Source of the DNA: an uncultured virus (IMG/VR IMGVR_UViG_3300006033_000021)
Taxonomy: Duplodnaviria > Heunggongvirae > Uroviricota > Caudoviricetes
Length of the DNA: 64,000 nucleotides
Direction: 5' to 3' (one strand)
IMG/VR virus record: IMGVR_UViG_3300006033_000021
In this document: positions 38,197 through 47,800 of the stretch, piece after piece
Numbering within the stretch: the stretch's first letter is position 1
How the letters are laid out: every line of letters begins with the position of its first letter
Program-made: the position numbers and the translations under genes
Notes under the pieces: model-generated
What the model was told of the DNA's origin: nothing
Database searches by the model: none
Seen by the model: the letters and a program-made list of their open reading frames with translations, nothing else

Positions 38197-38352
38197 TAGG
38201 AGCACCGGCTGCCGGTCGCTCCCCCCAGTTTCAGAGGGGTGGTGCCCTCTGAAAACCGAAACAGATCCGAGATGATCTGGGTTGGTTCCTCCATGGTGGT
38301 TAGATGCCACCGGAATGATACGGGCGATAACTCTAGGGTTATCGCCCGTATC
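38197..38352 (+). ncRNA. candidate small structured RNA (about 155 nt)
   Basis: own promoter, four consecutive hairpins and a 15-bp closing terminator stem (38317-38352); no credible ORF. Confidence 0.6.
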
Positions 38353-39060
38353 TTATTTACTTGCCCTTAACTGTTTGAGGTGTTTTTGGATGACATCATA
38401 TTGCTTAAGCCTGATTGCTGTAGCCGGATCGGTTTTGTCTATTGTTCCATCTTGTGGAATAAACGATATGCCGCCAAAGTGAATACAGTCGTCCCATATC
38501 CAATCTCGCTCAATGACTTTGAACCCCAATAAACGAGCCGCCTCACTAACCATGGCTGCTGTGTCATAAAAGTAACATGGACCAAACTTTGTAATGTAGT
38601 TGGTGAATGAGAAGACATTGAGGATTCTCATTAGTTGATCTTTACGGAAAAGTGCGCAAGATGGATCGATTCTTGCCATCCCTGTCGTTACGACGCCATC
38701 CCAATTAACGACTGCCACAGGTGATCTAGGGGTTCTACAAACACAAAAGGCGTCATTATCTTCAAGTTCTTTTACCATCTTATCTATGCAATTCGTGGTG
38801 AATTCTACATCTGAGTCCATAATTAAGATATAGTCTTCTTTGACTTGCTTGCACAAGTGATCTAACATCCTACCATGAGTGGTGTATTCTTCATAGAAGT
38901 AATCGGCAAGGGGTTGTGCATATTCTCGTGCCCCATCTTGACTGAGTGTGACGCCTATATAGAGTGGAAGATTAGGGTGGTATTTACGAGCACTCTCTAT
39001 GCATAGCTGTACTGCATAATTGGCATTACAAATAACCATACACGCGCCAACTGTAGACAT
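38353..39060 (-). CDS. GT-A (family 2-like) glycosyltransferase
   Basis: HGRMLD, YILIMDSDVEF (DxD), YDTA. Confidence 0.8.
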   Translation of the reverse strand: MSTVGACMVICNANYAVQLCIESARKYHPNLPLYIGVTLSQDGAREYAQPLADYFYEEYTTHGRMLDHLCKQVKEDYILIMDSDVEFTTNCIDKMVKELEDNDAFCVCRTPRSPVAVVNWDGVVTTGMARIDPSCALFRKDQLMRILNVFSFTNYITKFGPCYFYDTAAMVSEAARLLGFKVIERDWIWDDCIHFGGISFIPQDGTIDKTDPATAIRLKQYDVIQKHLKQLRASK

Positions 39061-39068
39061 AATACCTC

Positions 39069-39821
39069 CTAGTGTCTTCTTTCTAAGATTATCATTCCGT
39101 CTAAATTATCTGGGTGTTTTAGACGGTTTAGTCTTTTTTTGATGGTTTCGTATGCTCTTAGCCGTTCTTGTGTAGCAGGATCGTCAAGATTAATAGTACC
39201 ATCTTGAGGGATGAAGGATATACTCCCATAGTGCGGGCATACATGATTAATCCAATCCTCTTGCATTATCTTGAGCCCCATTAATCTTGCGACATTGGCT
39301 ACCATCGCGGCTGTATCATACAGATGGTTGTATTTGTCATATAAACTCGAATAGAGGGTAAAAGAAAATACCTCAAGTATTTTTAGTAGTTGGTTTTTGT
39401 TAAAAAGGGCACATGAGGGATCAATTCTCTTTTTCGCTATAAAGGTTTCACCTTCCCATGTCTGGATGGTTTCTTTAACTTCCCAATCGGGCCGACATAT
39501 ACAAAAGGCGTCATTGTCTTCAAGTTCTTTTACCATCTTATCTATACAGCTAGTAGTGAACTCCACATCTGAATCAATAATTAGGATGTAGTCTTCTTCC
39601 ACTTGTTTGCAAAGATGATCCAACATTCGTCCATGTGTTAATCCTTTTGCTTCGTGAAAATACTTAGCATATGGTTGTGCAAATTCTTTGGCTCCATCTT
39701 GACTAAGATTGACACCTATGTACAATGGGATATCAGGATGATATTTTCGCAAACTCTCAATGCATAGTTGTACAGCATAGTTGGCATTGTAGATTACTAG
39801 ACATACACCGACTGTTGGCAT
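39069..39821 (-). CDS. GT-A (family 2-like) glycosyltransferase, tandem paralog
   Basis: HGRMLD, YILIIDSDVEF; closely similar to 38353-39060. Confidence 0.8.
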   Translation of the reverse strand: MPTVGVCLVIYNANYAVQLCIESLRKYHPDIPLYIGVNLSQDGAKEFAQPYAKYFHEAKGLTHGRMLDHLCKQVEEDYILIIDSDVEFTTSCIDKMVKELEDNDAFCICRPDWEVKETIQTWEGETFIAKKRIDPSCALFNKNQLLKILEVFSFTLYSSLYDKYNHLYDTAAMVANVARLMGLKIMQEDWINHVCPHYGSISFIPQDGTINLDDPATQERLRAYETIKKRLNRLKHPDNLDGMIILERRH

Positions 39822-39823
39822 AG

Positions 39824-40408
39824 TTACACCTTAGCGAAATAAGCTAGATATGTATGTAGCTCTGTGATAGTTTCGGGTTTATCCATTAGGAAGTCAGTTA
39901 GCCCTTTTTCAACACCGGGTAATTCATAGTACTTATAATCATCAAATAGTATGATACCTCCTTTATTCATTCGCGGATATACATAGTCTAAGAAATTGAC
40001 TAGTGTTTGATAGTGATCTCCATCAAAGTGAGCAAAAGAGAATCTAACATCATCGGGCATATCTATTGTAGTGTCTGGGAACCAGCCCTCATAGTATCTT
40101 GCGTTAGGGCAATCCCTTAGGAAATTCTTAACAATATCTATCCCGCACGCTAGAATTCCTTCTTGGAAACGTGAACCTTCCTCAAATTCAGAAACAGGCG
40201 GTAGTCCTTTTGCGAATCTATCAAAGAGATGAACAACTTTGTTGGGGAGAGTCTTACATATGACTCGTGCAGTTCCACCGCTATATACTCCAACCTCAAT
40301 AGAATCGCCATCTATATTGGAGCATCTTGCCGCAAGAGTATGTAGGCTACGTAGTTTGTCTATATTATATAGACTTCTTTGAGCCGATTGTTGTAGTATA
40401 TCTTGCAT
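39824..40408 (-). CDS. TylF/MycF-family O-methyltransferase
   Basis: GDSIEVGVYSGGT, HLFDRF.GLP, EGWFPDT, FAHFDGD, GGIILFDDY; AGGA-N16-CCGAA at 40439-40463. Confidence 0.85.
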   Translation of the reverse strand: MQDILQQSAQRSLYNIDKLRSLHTLAARCSNIDGDSIEVGVYSGGTARVICKTLPNKVVHLFDRFAKGLPPVSEFEEGSRFQEGILACGIDIVKNFLRDCPNARYYEGWFPDTTIDMPDDVRFSFAHFDGDHYQTLVNFLDYVYPRMNKGGIILFDDYKYYELPGVEKGLTDFLMDKPETITELHTYLAYFAKV

Positions 40409-40526
40409 TGAACCTCTCCTTGTTTCCTTATATGAATATTCGGCGTCGTTTGGACAATATCCTTGGTGCATGGAGGAAGATCGTTACTAGTGGTAGTATA
40501 ATAGTACTAGTACTAGGAGGTGAGCG

Positions 40527-41477
40527 ATGGAAACGACACAGATTAATTTCAGAATAGCCAAGGATCTTTTAGATACTTTGAGGCAGATGGCTTCCGATAG
40601 AGGTATTGAATATACAGATTTGATAAGAGATATATTGAGTCAGAATGTTACCGTAGATGAACAGATTGACTTTTTTAATTGTAGAGTAGCAACCCCTTAT
40701 TCACCGATAGCTGAAAAGATTTTAGCCACAAAGAGGCTTTCAAAAGCTGAGATTAAGGAGAAAATGATTAATGGTAAGTTGTTTTTTGATAGGCAGATAT
40801 CTGTAAAATCATATGTAATACAATCTAGGGGTTCGGTTCCTGATATGCATATTGAGAAGGAACATATTCCTGTAGATCCAATTACAATATCTGTACATTG
40901 TATGACAAGGGAAGATGATCTTGAGGATGAGATTTATGAAAGAACAGTTGATTCAATAAGAAGACAGGTTGATTTACAGGTATATAAGACATTAATGCTT
41001 GGTTTAGATGAATACCATAAAATAACGATTCGTGCTATCCCCGATGATATCGCTAAACATACTCGTGATGCTTTGTATCTAGGGATATCTATGGTGGAAT
41101 CTCATGAATTTCAAGCAAAAACTGTTTTATGTCATCCATATCAAGCAAGGATACTACATGATATTGTTAGTGAATACAATGAAACTCACGATTCAAAACT
41201 CATACTTCTAAAGAATACTATGTGCCCCAAAAATACAATATTGGTTTTGCCCGATCTGAATTATTTGGGTCGGATGGCTATCTTGTCGGATATTAGTAGA
41301 AATCAGTTGGATGATCCCAAGGATAGAAAGAAGGGCTGGATCTTTTCGATGGATATTGCTTTATTCATCAGCCCTTATGCTGCTGCTATGATTACGGTAT
41401 TGGAACAAGGTGGACCCAAGCACGGTCAGCCACCTATTGCTGCGGAAGATTCGGATCCTTCCTGTTCCACCAAATAG
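40527..41477 (+). CDS. RHH DNA-binding domain fused to a major-capsid-protein-like domain
   Basis: N-term TQINFRIAKDLLDTLRQMASDRGIEYTDLIRDIL; C-term VESHEFQAKTVLCHP...CPKNTILVLPDLNYLGRM...KKGWIF resembling HK97-fold MCPs of large myoviruses. Confidence 0.55.
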   Translation: METTQINFRIAKDLLDTLRQMASDRGIEYTDLIRDILSQNVTVDEQIDFFNCRVATPYSPIAEKILATKRLSKAEIKEKMINGKLFFDRQISVKSYVIQSRGSVPDMHIEKEHIPVDPITISVHCMTREDDLEDEIYERTVDSIRRQVDLQVYKTLMLGLDEYHKITIRAIPDDIAKHTRDALYLGISMVESHEFQAKTVLCHPYQARILHDIVSEYNETHDSKLILLKNTMCPKNTILVLPDLNYLGRMAILSDISRNQLDDPKDRKKGWIFSMDIALFISPYAAAMITVLEQGGPKHGQPPIAAEDSDPSCSTK

Positions 41478-41530
41478 TCACCAGAGGCTGGTGACTATTT
41501 GGAAGGCTTGAAAAGCTCCCAAAATAGGGC

Positions 41531-41559
41531 TTGACAAGCAGGGATGCGCGCTGTACAAT
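41531..41559 (+). promoter_or_regulatory. sigma70-type promoter for tmRNA
   Basis: TTGACA-17-TACAAT followed by a GC-rich leader hairpin. Confidence 0.8.
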
Positions 41560-41612
41560 GAGAAATGTGGACGGGGCGGCAAGCCTGCCGCGTTCCACGA
41601 CCTTGAAAACTA

Positions 41613-42051
41613 GGGGATGAAATGGTCTCGACAGGGAGTGTCGGAGTATTTCAATGCACGCCGGGGATGATGAGTTGGCCCCGTTAACAATCTTATCAAA
41701 CAATGAAATGACGAAGCTAACGTAGTTAGTATTAGTGACTTCCGCGCAGCTAAGGCCGCTAAGGTGGCTAAGGTTTCCGCTCCGGTCGCTTTCGCTCTCG
41801 CTGCCTAAATCGGCGAGACCGTTGGTCTAGGACTGTACCGAACAATAGCCTAGCAATGTTATTCCAAAAGTCGGTGTAGAGATCCACTGAATGACCTTTA
41901 GGTGGCTCGAAATAACTGGTTCTGAATTAGGCAAATGGCCTTGCTCATTGTGCTTCCGAGCCTAATTCAGCATTCAGGGGAACAATGAGACAAGCGTGTA
42001 GAGTTGGGTATAACGTCTCTTTGGACGCGAGTTCGATTCTCGCCATCTCCA
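41613..42051 (+). ncRNA. ssrA: tmRNA
   Basis: acceptor stem GGGGATG/CATCTCC-A with G3.U70; 5' GGTCTCGAC; T-arm GCGAG-TTCGATT-CTCGC; tag ORF 41710-41808 ending FALAA-stop; CCA not encoded. Confidence 0.95.
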
Positions 42052-42209
42052 TTGGTATTCAGGAGTATTAGGACACTGGATACTATCCCCTATTTTCCTA
42101 TCTCGCCTACATATGTAGAAGGAGACACAGGCCCGCTTCCACCATGGAGGCGGGCACTGGTTTTTATGGTGACTCCTGAATTGGAGTCATTCTTGCATTT
42201 AAGGAACCC

Positions 42210-42701
42210 ATGATGAACGAGCCAATTGTAATCATCCCATTTACTGAGGGTTTTATTCCAGTAGATCCGTCTCAATTTACAGATGATACCGCTACTTTTG
42301 TCTCTATAATTGAGGGCGCGTATAATTTGGTGGGTTTGTCCAAGAGAACAGAGATGCGTCTCATTGCGGATAAGAGGGTGTCCGTCCCCTCTGTCCGTGT
42401 TTTTGAGGAACTTTCGAGTTTTCAAAAGACCATGGTTATTGAAATTACGGCTCCTGGTCAGGAGTTTGAACATGATGATGACTATGAGTATCCTTTGCGC
42501 CTTCAGATGCTAGTGAATGGCCTACTGGATGTATATGAGATTTTCTGCTCATATGGTCCTGAGTCAAATATCGATGCAGAGCATAACTTCTCGTGGATGC
42601 AACCTGAAGGTGTCGATGTTGCCTATGAGGATCGACTAAAGCTTGATAGATACGGATATCGTAGATCGATGCAAACTCCGCATCTATGGTACCGTAAGTG
42701 A
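42210..42701 (+). CDS. hypothetical protein
   Basis: AAGGA RBS, 163 aa. Confidence 0.6.
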   Translation: MMNEPIVIIPFTEGFIPVDPSQFTDDTATFVSIIEGAYNLVGLSKRTEMRLIADKRVSVPSVRVFEELSSFQKTMVIEITAPGQEFEHDDDYEYPLRLQMLVNGLLDVYEIFCSYGPESNIDAEHNFSWMQPEGVDVAYEDRLKLDRYGYRRSMQTPHLWYRK

Positions 42702-42715
42702 GTAGTATAATAGAT

Positions 42716-42909
42716 GGTGGGTAGGGCAGTAGTGACAAACTACCTTCAAAAGCGGGTGCCGGGAAGTACGCACTTCTCCGCAGTAGTATCACAGATAATT
42801 GGAGGTCCCCCGCGTGGTTGAGATGCTTAGATTAGCGTGGTAGAACCTAGCTAGTTAGTAAGACATGGTGGTGAGATATGCGTAATCAAAACCATCCCTA
42901 CCCATTGCC
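42716..42909 (+). ncRNA. candidate structured ncRNA (about 190 nt), family not recognised
   Basis: TATAAT at 42706-42711; terminal stem GGTGGGTAGGG/CCCTACCCATT; internal hairpins; downstream terminator. Confidence 0.6.
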
Positions 42910-42932
42910 TACCAGGGGAGAGAATAAGGCAC

Positions 42933-42956
42933 GCGGCCCGCTGAGAAGCGGGCCGC
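42933..42956. terminator. GC-rich hairpin between convergent units
   Basis: GCGGCCCGCT-GAGA-AGCGGGCCGC. Confidence 0.75.
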
Positions 42957-42962
42957 ACTGCT

Positions 42963-43142
42963 TTATTGGGGTTTAGCGTCTTCTAGATCCGCCTTGATTT
43001 GGTCTTCAAGTGTCGGAAGCGTTTGTAGTCTTCCTAATAGATCTAGCACATTTTCTACCGAGAATTCGCTCTTGCTCTTAAGTACATATTTGATTGTACT
43101 CTCAAGTAGGGTTTTGCTAATGGCATATTGAGGTTCGGTCAT
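42963..43142 (-). CDS. small protein downstream of tail-fibre genes
   Basis: AAGGAGG RBS before MTEPQY. Confidence 0.6.
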   Translation of the reverse strand: MTEPQYAISKTLLESTIKYVLKSKSEFSVENVLDLLGRLQTLPTLEDQIKADLEDAKPQ

Positions 43143-43172
43143 AGCTAGCCTCCTTTCCATTAGCTATTATAC

Positions 43173-44216
43173 CTAGTTCAGTGCTGACCAAGTTGCAGGG
43201 TTGCCCGCAGTGATACAGCCATAGAATTTGCTATTTGCTGAGTTATAGACGACTTCAGCTAATGTTCCCGCAGTCGCGGTCATGGGGCCGGCATCATCTA
43301 CTGTGCGTACACTTAATCGACCCGTACAAGTAATTGTGTCGGTGTTAGCATTACCTAATGTAGTGTTACCATTTACTGTGAAATCACTATCAACAATTAG
43401 TTTGTCATCAGTCTTCAAAGTATCATTAGCTGAACGATAAAGATTAGCAGTGTTGGCGTCGGTGCCGAATAGGATCTTAGTGGCAGATCCTAATTCTAAT
43501 TCGTTTCCTACACTGTCGTAGGCTAGGTTGGCACTATCAGTAACTACACCAACAGCAGACGCGAATGGAATTCTTGTGGCGACGAGGGTACCCAATATGA
43601 TGTCTGTACTGGCTCCAGCATCTTGGAATGAATAGATTCTGTTGGCTGCTAGATTGGCTCCCACTTTAATGGTGGCTGTGTTATTATCAACAGTATCAGG
43701 TAATACTAGTTGCTCACCATTTATTGATAAGAATGTACCTGCTGTTGGTGTGAAAGTAGTCAAGGCACCCAGGGCTACATTTCCTGTACCAAGTACTAAT
43801 GAGTGGGCCGGTGCCGGGTCAGCATCATCATATACAGCAAATGTAACATCGGTTACATTGCCTTTAGCTGCTATGGGAGTGTAACTTGGTGATAGGTCAA
43901 TGATGGCGTATAATGTACCTGCGGCACCGGCACAATTACTAAAATCAATAGTAGTAGTTGATGCATTGTTAAAAAACCATGCTTCACCATTATCATCTTC
44001 CATTAAGAGACAGTATGCAGGATAGGTTGTCCCTGTGGTGATATCTCCGATAACCCTAGCGCCCCCGGAAATGAAGCCTTCTGCTCCACCGTACATCTCA
44101 CTTAAAGCTTTAGCAATTGCTATTCTCTGATAGATGCTTTGGTTAATATCTTGTTGTGTCGTAATATCATTTGTGGTTGATAATAGATTCAATCCTGTTC
44201 TGGTACTGAAAGACAT
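43173..44216 (-). CDS. short tail fibre-like protein
   Basis: N-term shared with 48813 and 50588 ORFs; one copy of the NLYRSANDTLKTDD repeat; AGGA-N16-AGGAA at 44241-44265. Confidence 0.7.
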   Translation of the reverse strand: MSFSTRTGLNLLSTTNDITTQQDINQSIYQRIAIAKALSEMYGGAEGFISGGARVIGDITTGTTYPAYCLLMEDDNGEAWFFNNASTTTIDFSNCAGAAGTLYAIIDLSPSYTPIAAKGNVTDVTFAVYDDADPAPAHSLVLGTGNVALGALTTFTPTAGTFLSINGEQLVLPDTVDNNTATIKVGANLAANRIYSFQDAGASTDIILGTLVATRIPFASAVGVVTDSANLAYDSVGNELELGSATKILFGTDANTANLYRSANDTLKTDDKLIVDSDFTVNGNTTLGNANTDTITCTGRLSVRTVDDAGPMTATAGTLAEVVYNSANSKFYGCITAGNPATWSALN

Positions 44217-44265
44217 GTCGTGCTCCTTATGATAACCATATTCCTTAATCTAGTACTCTATTCCT

Positions 44266-44865
44266 TTAGTCGCTATACTCCCCATTACTACCTATTCTGT
44301 CAGTCGTGAAGTGACAATCAACTCCAAGTATACCAAAGTTAGCGGCATTAGTTGCTCCTGGATCAGTTCTGTTTGCGCTAAATGTATCTAGTGGGTTACT
44401 ACCCAATCTTGTAAGTTTCAAGAGCAATATTGAACTATGACTATCAGGGGACGGTGCTGCCATGTTAGCTGCAATATTATCAACTTGGTGTGTCCATATG
44501 GCACCTGCTGGTACAACTATTGTGGCATTACCGCTAGCCCATGATCCAATTTCAGGTATGGCTTGTCCTATTGATACCCAAGCATATTGATAGTAAAAAT
44601 AAACATCGCCACCCGTATTAACACCAGGCATATAGTGTATATGAAGATTAGCTACAGTTCCCAATTTTCTTCTATGAGAGAATTGGGTGATTAACTGAAA
44701 ATAATCGTCTTGATCATGTCGTAACCAGTTTAATATGAAACCCGTAGAATTGAATTCTTCTGTTGAGTATTGCGATGTTCCACTTAGGGAACTTCTATCA
44801 ACACCAAAACTATCATCATGGGAATCGGCGAACCTATCATTAAGTCCTTGTCCTCTACTTGACAT
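44266..44865 (-). CDS. tail-fibre-associated beta-rich protein
   Basis: located in fibre cluster; QFSH..LHIHY motif. Confidence 0.55.
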   Translation of the reverse strand: MSSRGQGLNDRFADSHDDSFGVDRSSLSGTSQYSTEEFNSTGFILNWLRHDQDDYFQLITQFSHRRKLGTVANLHIHYMPGVNTGGDVYFYYQYAWVSIGQAIPEIGSWASGNATIVVPAGAIWTHQVDNIAANMAAPSPDSHSSILLLKLTRLGSNPLDTFSANRTDPGATNAANFGILGVDCHFTTDRIGSNGEYSD

Positions 44866-44874
44866 AATCTACTC

Positions 44875-47800
44875 CTAATTATTGCTTCTGTTGACTTCAT
44901 TCCACTTAGATGTAGTGGCATTGTAAATTAGCGTTAAAGTGTCCCCTACGCCCATTACAAAGTCAATTCCATCTGATAATTCTATGCCGCTATTGGCTAA
45001 ATTGGCAGAATCTCTAATTGTTACCGTATTGACATTATTGCTACCTTCTAGTATAATCATTTGACCATCGCTACCCGCCGCAATATTGGGGGTCGCTGTA
45101 ATACTAATGGGGGCTGCATCGCCTTGAATCCTAATGAGGGTGTTACTTGCGATCATGCCGGCAGTAATACCTGTAGCGGCTGCTATATTTTGAATAGTAG
45201 TTGGGGTGAATACCGTTTTGTTAAGTGAGAATGTGGCGCTTAAGCTACCTATAACAGTAAGATCGCCTGCTACAATTAGACTATCATCAGTTTTAAGTAT
45301 ATTGGTATCATTCCTATATAGGTTAGTGTCCGCACCTATAACTAGTTTTGTTGCACTTCCAAGATTTAGTTCATTATTAGCGGTGCTGAAGATGAAGTTG
45401 GCAGAGTCGGTTAATACTCCATCAGCGCTAACAAGGGGAACTCGGGTAGCCGTCAATGTCTGCGCGACAAGGATGTTAGCTGCTGCGCCAGCATCTTGTA
45501 ATGTATAGGTTCGTGCAGCAGCTAGTGCGGCAACAGAGAAAGTTAGTAGGTCAGATCCACCACCGCTTTCCTGGAGTTTTAGACTACCTAAGACAGTGGC
45601 ATTGGTTGCAACAATTAAACTATCATCGGTCTTTAATGTATCATTGGCTGACCGATATAGATTAACGCTGTTACCATCAGTACCGAATAGTATTTTTGTG
45701 GCTGAGCCTAGATCTAATTCGTTGTTAGCAGTACTGAATACAAAGTTGGTTGAATCGGTGAGTATACCATCTGCACTAACGATTGGTACTCTGGTTGCTG
45801 TTAGCGTTTGTGCGACAAGGATATTGCCCGCTGCGCCTGCATCTTGTAGTGTGTAGGTGCGCGCTGCACCTAATGCGGCAGAATTGATTGTTAGAAGCTC
45901 GACACCACCCCCGGCTTCTTGTATGTTAAGGGAGCCAAGTGTCGTAAGTGCGGTTGCAGCTATTAATGTCCCATCAGTTTTTAGTGTGTTAGCGGCTGAG
46001 CGATATAGATTAGTGTCAACATCAAATAATAGCTTGGTGGCAGCACCTAGTTCTAGTTCATTCCCGACGCTATCGTATACTAGATTGGCTGAATTAGTTA
46101 GCACCCCATCGGCGGATACGTATGGAATTCTGGTAGCAGTTAGTGTTTGTGCAACTAGAATATTTGCAGCGGCTCCAGCATCTTGAAGTGTATAGGTGCG
46201 TGCTGCACCTAATGCGGCAGAGTTAATTGTCAGTAACTCAAGTCCACCAGCTTCTTGAAGTTTTAAGCTACCTAGAACTGTTGCATTAGCGCCGACAATT
46301 AGGTCGTCATCTGTCTTTAATGTATCATTGGCTGATCGATATAGATTGACGCTATTGGCATCTGTACCGAAGAGTATCTTGGTCGCAGATCCAAGCTCTA
46401 GCTCATTACCGACACTATCGAAAACTAGATTCGCAGAGTTGGTTAGTACGCCATCAGAGGATACATATGGAATGTAGGTCGCCGTTAGAGTTTGAGCCAC
46501 CAATAGATTACCGGAAGCACCAGCATCTTGAATAGTGTAGGTCCTTGGCGCAGCGCTTGCGGCTGCAACAATACTGATTAAGTCGGCACCACCGCCTAAT
46601 TCTTGTATCTTCAGTGTACCAAGCGCCGTTAGGTCTACTGCAACAATTAGGCTATCATCGGTTTTAAGTACATGGGCGGAATCCCTATATAGATTAGCAT
46701 CGGTCCCTATGTTAATCTTGGTCGCTGCTCCTAGTTTTAGCTCATTAGCATCAAAGATAAGATTAGCCGAATCAGTTAGGACGCCATCGACGCTAACAAG
46801 AGGAACTCGGGTAGTAGTCAATGTTTGCGCGACAAGGATGTTAGCTGCTGCGCCAGCATCCTGTAGTGTATACGTTCTTGCGGCTACCATCGGAGCAGTT
46901 GATATAGTTAGTAGATCAGTGCCACCACCAACAAGTCCAATTTGTATCTTTAATGAGCCAAGCGTTGTTAGATCGGATGCTACAAGGAACTTGTCATCAG
47001 TTTTTAGTGTGTCATTAGCAGAGCGATACAGGTTGGCATTATTGGCATCTGTGCCAAATAGGATTTTTGTGGCAGATCCAAGCTCTAGTTCATTACCAGC
47101 ACTATCATAGGCTAGGTTCGCAGAGTTGGTTAATACGCCATCGGAAGATACATATGGAATGCGGGTTGCTGTTAATGTTTGCGCTACTAATAGGTTACCA
47201 GAAGCCCCAGCGTCTTGGATGGTATAAGTTCGGGCTGCACCAGATGCCGCAGCATCAATGGTAATGAGTTCGAGTCCGCCCGTTTCTTGAATATTAATGT
47301 TGGTTAGTGTTGTTATCGTATTAGCTACAAAGGCGTCATCAGTTTTCAGGATGTCGGCACCTGAGCGATATAGATTAGTATCAATATCCCATAGAATTTT
47401 AGTTGCGGTACCTAATTCTAGCTCATTACCAACACTATCGAAAACTAGATTCGCAGAGTTAGTCAAAACACCATCAGAGGATACATATGGGATCCTAGTT
47501 GCGGTTAGTGTTTGGGCGACAAGGATGTTAGCTGCTGCGCCTGCATCTTGGATAGTATAGGTGCGCGCTGCTCCCAAAGCAGCAGAGTTAATCGTTAGTA
47601 GGTCAGCCCCACCAGCCTCTTGAAGTTTTAGAGAGCCTAAGACTGATAGGTTAAGTGCTACGATTAAATTATCGTCAGTCTTCAAAGTGTGTGCGGCTGA
47701 TCTATATAGATTGCTATCGGTGCCAATATTGATTTTCGTTGCGGCACCTAATTGTAATTCATCAGAAATTGTATCAAATAGGAAGTTGGCGCTATTCGTC

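Noticed and set aside
38230..38262. Hammerhead ribozyme core (CTGAAAACCGAAAC)
   Set aside because: Does not match CUGANGA-stem II-GAAA, and the CTGAAA bases are used in a hairpin.
42004..42213. 69-aa ORF and possible tRNA at GTTCGATTC
   Set aside because: The T-arm belongs to the 3' end of the tmRNA; no independent tRNA cloverleaf was seen.
42716..42909. RNase P or SRP RNA identity for the second ncRNA
   Set aside because: No GAGGAAAGUCC / AACCCGGCUUA P4 halves and no SRP helix-8 motif.
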